Below are positions 37,402-40,826 of a stretch of 40,826 nucleotides of DNA, piece after piece. The position numbers and the translations under genes were made by a program. The DNA is from Proteobacteria bacterium UBA664. GTDB lineage: Bacteria > Pseudomonadota > Gammaproteobacteria > UBA7966. The first letter of the stretch is position 1. Each line of letters starts with the position of its first letter. The notes beneath the pieces were generated by a model. That model saw nothing but the letters and a program-made list of their open reading frames with translations, ran no database searches and had not been told where the DNA came from. Where the stretch lies: positions 735-41,560 of the forward strand of contig DBNU01000178.1 of the NCBI GenBank assembly GCA_002299125.1, in the 5' to 3' direction.

Positions 37402-38406
37402 ATGCGGGCCGCTAGCAAGGCCAGCGGCGTCGCGCCGCTGGAGAGCGTCCAGCATGTCCCGCAACACCATCCGCAACACCATCCGCCCGGCCCCCGGCCC
37501 CACCTTGGGGGAACCGGCATGAGCAGCACCGCCGGCAGCACACGCAGCATCTTTGAGGTACAGAAGCTTTTCCTCGCCCGTCTGGCGGAGGATTGCGGGG
37601 CGGAGCACCTGGTGATCCCGTCCTTTCCGGACGTGACCCTGCGGATCCGCAATCTGGCTGACGCGGCCGACAGTACCCTCATTCAGCTCGTTGCCGCTGT
37701 ATCGCTCGAGCCGGTGCTGGCGGCACAGGTCCTGCGTCTGGCCAACTCGGCCCTCTATCGCCAGTCGGGGCCCGTCGAGACCTCGCTGGCGCGCGCCATC
37801 CAGCGTCTCGGGATGGCGGAATTGCGCGACATCGCCGTGATGTTCGGTATGCGGCAGTTGTCGCTTGCACCCACGGTGGCTCCGTTCCGCGACTACCTGC
37901 GTGAGGTGTGGGAGCACAGTCTGCTGGTTGCACAGGCTGCGCGGTTCATCGCGCAGCATGCGCGCATGGCCAATGCCGGCTCTGCCCAGCTTGCCGGCCT
38001 GCTGCACGATCTCGGCAAGTTCTATGTGGTGCTGCGGGCGCAGGACTACCCCGAACTACTGGAGGCCGGCCAGAGCCTGGCCAGCATCGCTGCCGACTGG
38101 CATTGCCCGGTGGGTCGCGCCCTGCTCGAGGGCTGGGGCCTGCCACTGCCAGTGCAATTGGTGGCTGAGGAGCACGAAGACCTCGAACGGGACCCCATTC
38201 GCCTGCTGCCGGACCTCACCGACGTGGTGGCCCTGGCCAACGCCCTCGCCAATCACGGAGAGGGTGCCTCGGATGAGGAACTCGTGACATTACTTGCGAC
38301 CGCCGCCGGCCGCCGGCTGCAGCTCGAGCCGGTCGGTCTGCGCAGCTGCTTCCAGTCCGCCCACGAGGCAGCGGAAGAGGCGCGCCGCGCCTTCCCGAGC
38401 CTCTGA
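37402..38406 (+). CDS. HDOD-domain signalling protein
   Basis: HDOD-like core (FPDVTLRIRNL, LEPVLAAQVLRLANSALY, AIQRLGMAELRDIA, GLLHDLGKF). The start is uncertain. The 37402-37518 stretch has coding-like third-position GC (hand count about 32 of 40). The ATG at 37519 has the better-spaced purine-rich RBS. Confidence 0.75.
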   Translation: MRAASKASGVAPLESVQHVPQHHPQHHPPGPRPHLGGTGMSSTAGSTRSIFEVQKLFLARLAEDCGAEHLVIPSFPDVTLRIRNLADAADSTLIQLVAAVSLEPVLAAQVLRLANSALYRQSGPVETSLARAIQRLGMAELRDIAVMFGMRQLSLAPTVAPFRDYLREVWEHSLLVAQAARFIAQHARMANAGSAQLAGLLHDLGKFYVVLRAQDYPELLEAGQSLASIAADWHCPVGRALLEGWGLPLPVQLVAEEHEDLERDPIRLLPDLTDVVALANALANHGEGASDEELVTLLATAAGRRLQLEPVGLRSCFQSAHEAAEEARRAFPSL

Positions 38407-38460
38407 GCCCTCCCCCCGCCGCAAGTGATCGCAGGACCTCTATGAGAAAACGAGGCTGAA

Positions 38461-38613
38461 GCCGTCATCCCCGCGCAAACCAGCCGTCATCCCCGCGCAG
38501 GCGGGGATCCAGTTACTGGCATGGCGGCGGCAAGACGACGCTGGATTCCCGCCGCAGCCTGCCCCCGGGTGTCGTTGTCGGGGGCGGGAATGACGAAGGA
38601 CGCGGGAATGGCG
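38461..38613. repeat. Cluster of the same REP-like units (one truncated copy, one full copy, one inverted copy with a 30-nt insert, one fragment)
   Basis: GCCGTCATCCCCGCGCA occurs at 38461-38477 and again at 38484-38500, where it extends to the full unit ...GGCGGGGATCCAG (to 38513). An inverted variant, CTGGATTCCCGCC...GGCGGGAATGACG, occupies 38541-38595 and has its own internal hairpin GCCCCCG/CGGGGGC. A fragment CGCGGGAATG lies at 38601-38610. Confidence 0.8.
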
Positions 38614-38701
38614 CGTGATTTCAGGCACCTGAAGGGGGCGCGTCGCTTGCCTCCGGCAGCGCTCGAATGGACTCCCGCCTATCCTCACCGGAGTCCCGCG
38701 C

Positions 38702-39343
38702 ATGACCCGCCTCGCCCGAAGCCGTGAGATCCCCTCGATGAGTGACAGCCTCGTTCTGCCTTCCCCGGGGACGGCCAGCTACGCCGATGTGGAGGCCTTG
38801 CCCGAGCGCTATGTGGGCGAACTCATCGACGGCACGCTCTACGCCCAGGCACGGCCAGCCAGCCCGCATGCCCGTGCCGCCAGCCAGATCGGTGGGCACC
38901 TCCTGGTGGCCTTCGACGGCCCCGGGGGTGTTGAGAGTGGTCCACCCGGCGGCTGGTGGATCCTCTTCGAGCCCGAGTTGCACTTCGGTGCCGATGTGCT
39001 GGTGCCGGATATCGCCGGCTGGCGGCGTGAGCGCATGCCGAGGCTTGCGGCGAAGCCGTGGTTCAGCGAGGCACCGGACTGGCTGTGTGAGGTTGGCTCA
39101 CCCGCCACCGGACGGCTGGACCGGGGGCTCAAGCTCGGGCGTTACCATCGGACCGGTGTCGGCCATGTGTGGCCGGTGGAGCCGCTCTCGCGACGCATCG
39201 AGGTGTTCCGTCGCAGTGACGAGGGTTGGGTGCTCGCGGCCCACCACTTCGATGACGACGTGGTGGGCATCGAGCCCTTCGAGCGCCTGCCGCTGGCCCT
39301 GGCGGATCTCTGGCTCGACCTCGAGCCGGTGCAGGGAGCGTAG
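38702..39343 (+). CDS. Uma2-family (DUF820) putative endonuclease
   Basis: The pattern is typical of Uma2 proteins as I recall them (ELIDGTLY, PELHFGADVLVPDIAGWRRERMP, PDWLCEVGSPAT, KLGRYHRTGVGHVW). GGAG lies 8 nt upstream of the ATG at 38702. An alternative start is the ATG at 38738. Confidence 0.7.
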   Translation: MTRLARSREIPSMSDSLVLPSPGTASYADVEALPERYVGELIDGTLYAQARPASPHARAASQIGGHLLVAFDGPGGVESGPPGGWWILFEPELHFGADVLVPDIAGWRRERMPRLAAKPWFSEAPDWLCEVGSPATGRLDRGLKLGRYHRTGVGHVWPVEPLSRRIEVFRRSDEGWVLAAHHFDDDVVGIEPFERLPLALADLWLDLEPVQGA

Positions 39344-39400
39344 CGAAGGCCCGGCGGCCCGGGACGAACAACGCAGACGGACTTCCTCTGCGCCAAAGTA

Positions 39401-39438
39401 CCGGGCGAGGGACGGCCATGGCCCTTCCCCTCGCCCGG
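39401..39438. terminator. Hairpin between convergent genes (11-bp perfect stem)
   Basis: CCGGGCGAGGG (39401-39411) pairs with CCCTCGCCCGG (39428-39438). The loop contains GGCCATGGCC. On the minus strand the stem is followed by TACTTTGG. Confidence 0.45.
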
Positions 39439-39450
39439 GCGGTCACCCGC

Positions 39451-40826
39451 TCAGAACAGGCCGCTGATGCAGCCGTCGTCGTCGATGTCGATCTTCTCGG
39501 CCGAGGGGACCTTGGGCAACCCCGGCATGGTCATGATCTCGCCGCAGATTGCGACGATGAAGCCGGCACCGTTGGCGAGCCGCACCTCACGCACGTTGAG
39601 CGTGTGACCGGTGGGGGCACCCTTGAGGTTGGCGTCTCCCGAGAAGGACATCTGGGTCTTGGCCATGCAGACTGGAAAGAGGCGGTAGTCCGCGTTCCAG
39701 TCGGCCAACTGCTTCTTCGCGGCCGGGCTGAAGGTGACGGCACCGGCACCGTAGATCTTCTTTGCGATCGCTTCGATCTTCTGCTCCAGCGGGAGGTCGT
39801 CCGGGTAGACGAAACATGCTTCACGGGGCTCACCTTCGGCGAGTTCCACCACCGCGCGCGCGAGTTCTTCGGCTCCGGCACCCCCCTCGGCCCAGTGTCG
39901 GGCGACCACGAAGCGCGCCCCGAGCGACTCCATCCGCTCGCGCAGCAGGGCGACCTCGGCCTCGGTGTCGAAGGTGAAGTGATTGACCGACACCACGCAA
40001 GGCAGGCCGTAGTGTTCGCGGATGTTGTTCAGGTGACGCTCGATGTTGACCATCCCCGCGCGCAGGGCCTCGAGGTTTTCCTGATTGAGGTCCTCCTTCT
40101 TCACGCCCCCATGGAACTTCAGCGCGCGAATGGTGGCGACCAGGACCACCGCATCGGGCTTCAGACCCGACATGCGGCACTTGATGTCGATGAACTTCTC
40201 CGCGCCGAGATCGGCACCGAAACCGGCCTCGGTGACGCAGTAATCGCCGAGTTTCAGTGCCGTGCGCGTGGCCGTGACCGAGTTGCAGCCGTGGGCGATG
40301 TTCGCGAAGGGGCCGCCGTGGACGAAGGCGACGTTGTTCTCGAGCGTCTGCACCACATTCGGCTTGATGGCGTCCTTGAGCAGCGTGGCCATCGCACCGT
40401 GGGCGTTCAGATCGCGCGCATGGATGGGCCGACGGTCGCCCATCGAGTAGCCGATGATGGCGCGGCCGAGACGTTCCTTGAGGTCTGCCAGGGACTGGGC
40501 GAGACACAGGATGGCCATGACCTCCGAGGCCACGACGATGTCGTAGCCATCTTCACGCAAGAAACCGTTGGCCGTCCCGCCGATGCCGACGACGATGCGG
40601 CGCAGGGCGCGATCATTCATGTCGACCACGCGCTTCCACTGGATGAGGCGTGGATCGATGTTGAGCGCGTTGCCGTGGTTGATGTGGTTGTCGATGAGGG
40701 CAGCCAGCAGATTGTGCGCCGCACCGATGGCGTGGAAGTCGCCGGTGAAGTGGAGGTTGATGTCTTCCATGGGCACGATCTGCGCGTAGCCACCGCCGGC
40801 GGCGCCGCCCTTCACCCCGAACACCG
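39451..40826 (-). CDS. fhs: Formate-tetrahydrofolate ligase, C-terminal roughly 458 aa; the 5' end lies beyond the right window edge
   Basis: FTHFS motifs ([56 protein letters not shown]). The frame is open to the window edge. Stop codon at 39451-39453. Confidence 0.92.
   Translation of the reverse strand, partial: VFGVKGGAAGGGYAQIVPMEDINLHFTGDFHAIGAAHNLLAALIDNHINHGNALNIDPRLIQWKRVVDMNDRALRRIVVGIGGTANGFLREDGYDIVVASEVMAILCLAQSLADLKERLGRAIIGYSMGDRRPIHARDLNAHGAMATLLKDAIKPNVVQTLENNVAFVHGGPFANIAHGCNSVTATRTALKLGDYCVTEAGFGADLGAEKFIDIKCRMSGLKPDAVVLVATIRALKFHGGVKKEDLNQENLEALRAGMVNIERHLNNIREHYGLPCVVSVNHFTFDTEAEVALLRERMESLGARFVVARHWAEGGAGAEELARAVVELAEGEPREACFVYPDDLPLEQKIEAIAKKIYGAGAVTFSPAAKKQLADWNADYRLFPVCMAKTQMSFSGDANLKGAPTGHTLNVREVRLANGAGFIVAICGEIMTMPGLPKVPSAEKIDIDDDGCISGLF

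Overview
The window is a visibly high-GC (not computed) proteobacterial chromosomal segment, densely coding and almost entirely metabolic. I found no tRNA or rRNA genes, CRISPR arrays, transposases or integrases.

Gene order:
- The 3' end of purF.
- On the minus strand, a translationally coupled two-component pair. It consists of an unusual hybrid histidine kinase whose sensor is a CodB/NCS1-like permease followed by a 10-Cys module, and a REC-LuxR regulator.
- A first Urt-type ABC importer (urtABCDE-like), followed by formamidase fmdA, the zinc-ribbon gene fmdB and, after about 750 nt of non-coding DNA, an FmdC-like porin.
- A second, architecturally different urtABCDE set.
- A complete urease cluster, ureDABCEFG.
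- A CoA-disulfide-reductase-like flavoprotein with a rhodanese domain, divergent from metZ.
- A serine-cycle block: sga, mcl, mtkA, mtkB, a hydroxypyruvate-reductase-like dehydrogenase and ppc.
- An HDOD-domain gene and a Uma2-family endonuclease gene, embedded in REP-like palindromic repeats.
- The 3' part of formate-tetrahydrofolate ligase on the minus strand.

The gene content fits a methylotroph-like organism that scavenges urea and formamide.

The most interesting candidate is the transporter-fused sensor kinase pair next to the amide/urea genes. Secondary observations:
- Sigma54-type promoters with a shared -24/-12 core.
- An NtrC-like site and a strong leader palindrome upstream of urtA1.
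- A non-coding-like tail on urtC1.
- A nested palindrome in the CoADR-Rhd/metZ divergent region.
- An atypical PEP carboxylase C-terminus.

All family assignments come from reading motifs by eye. No searches were run.
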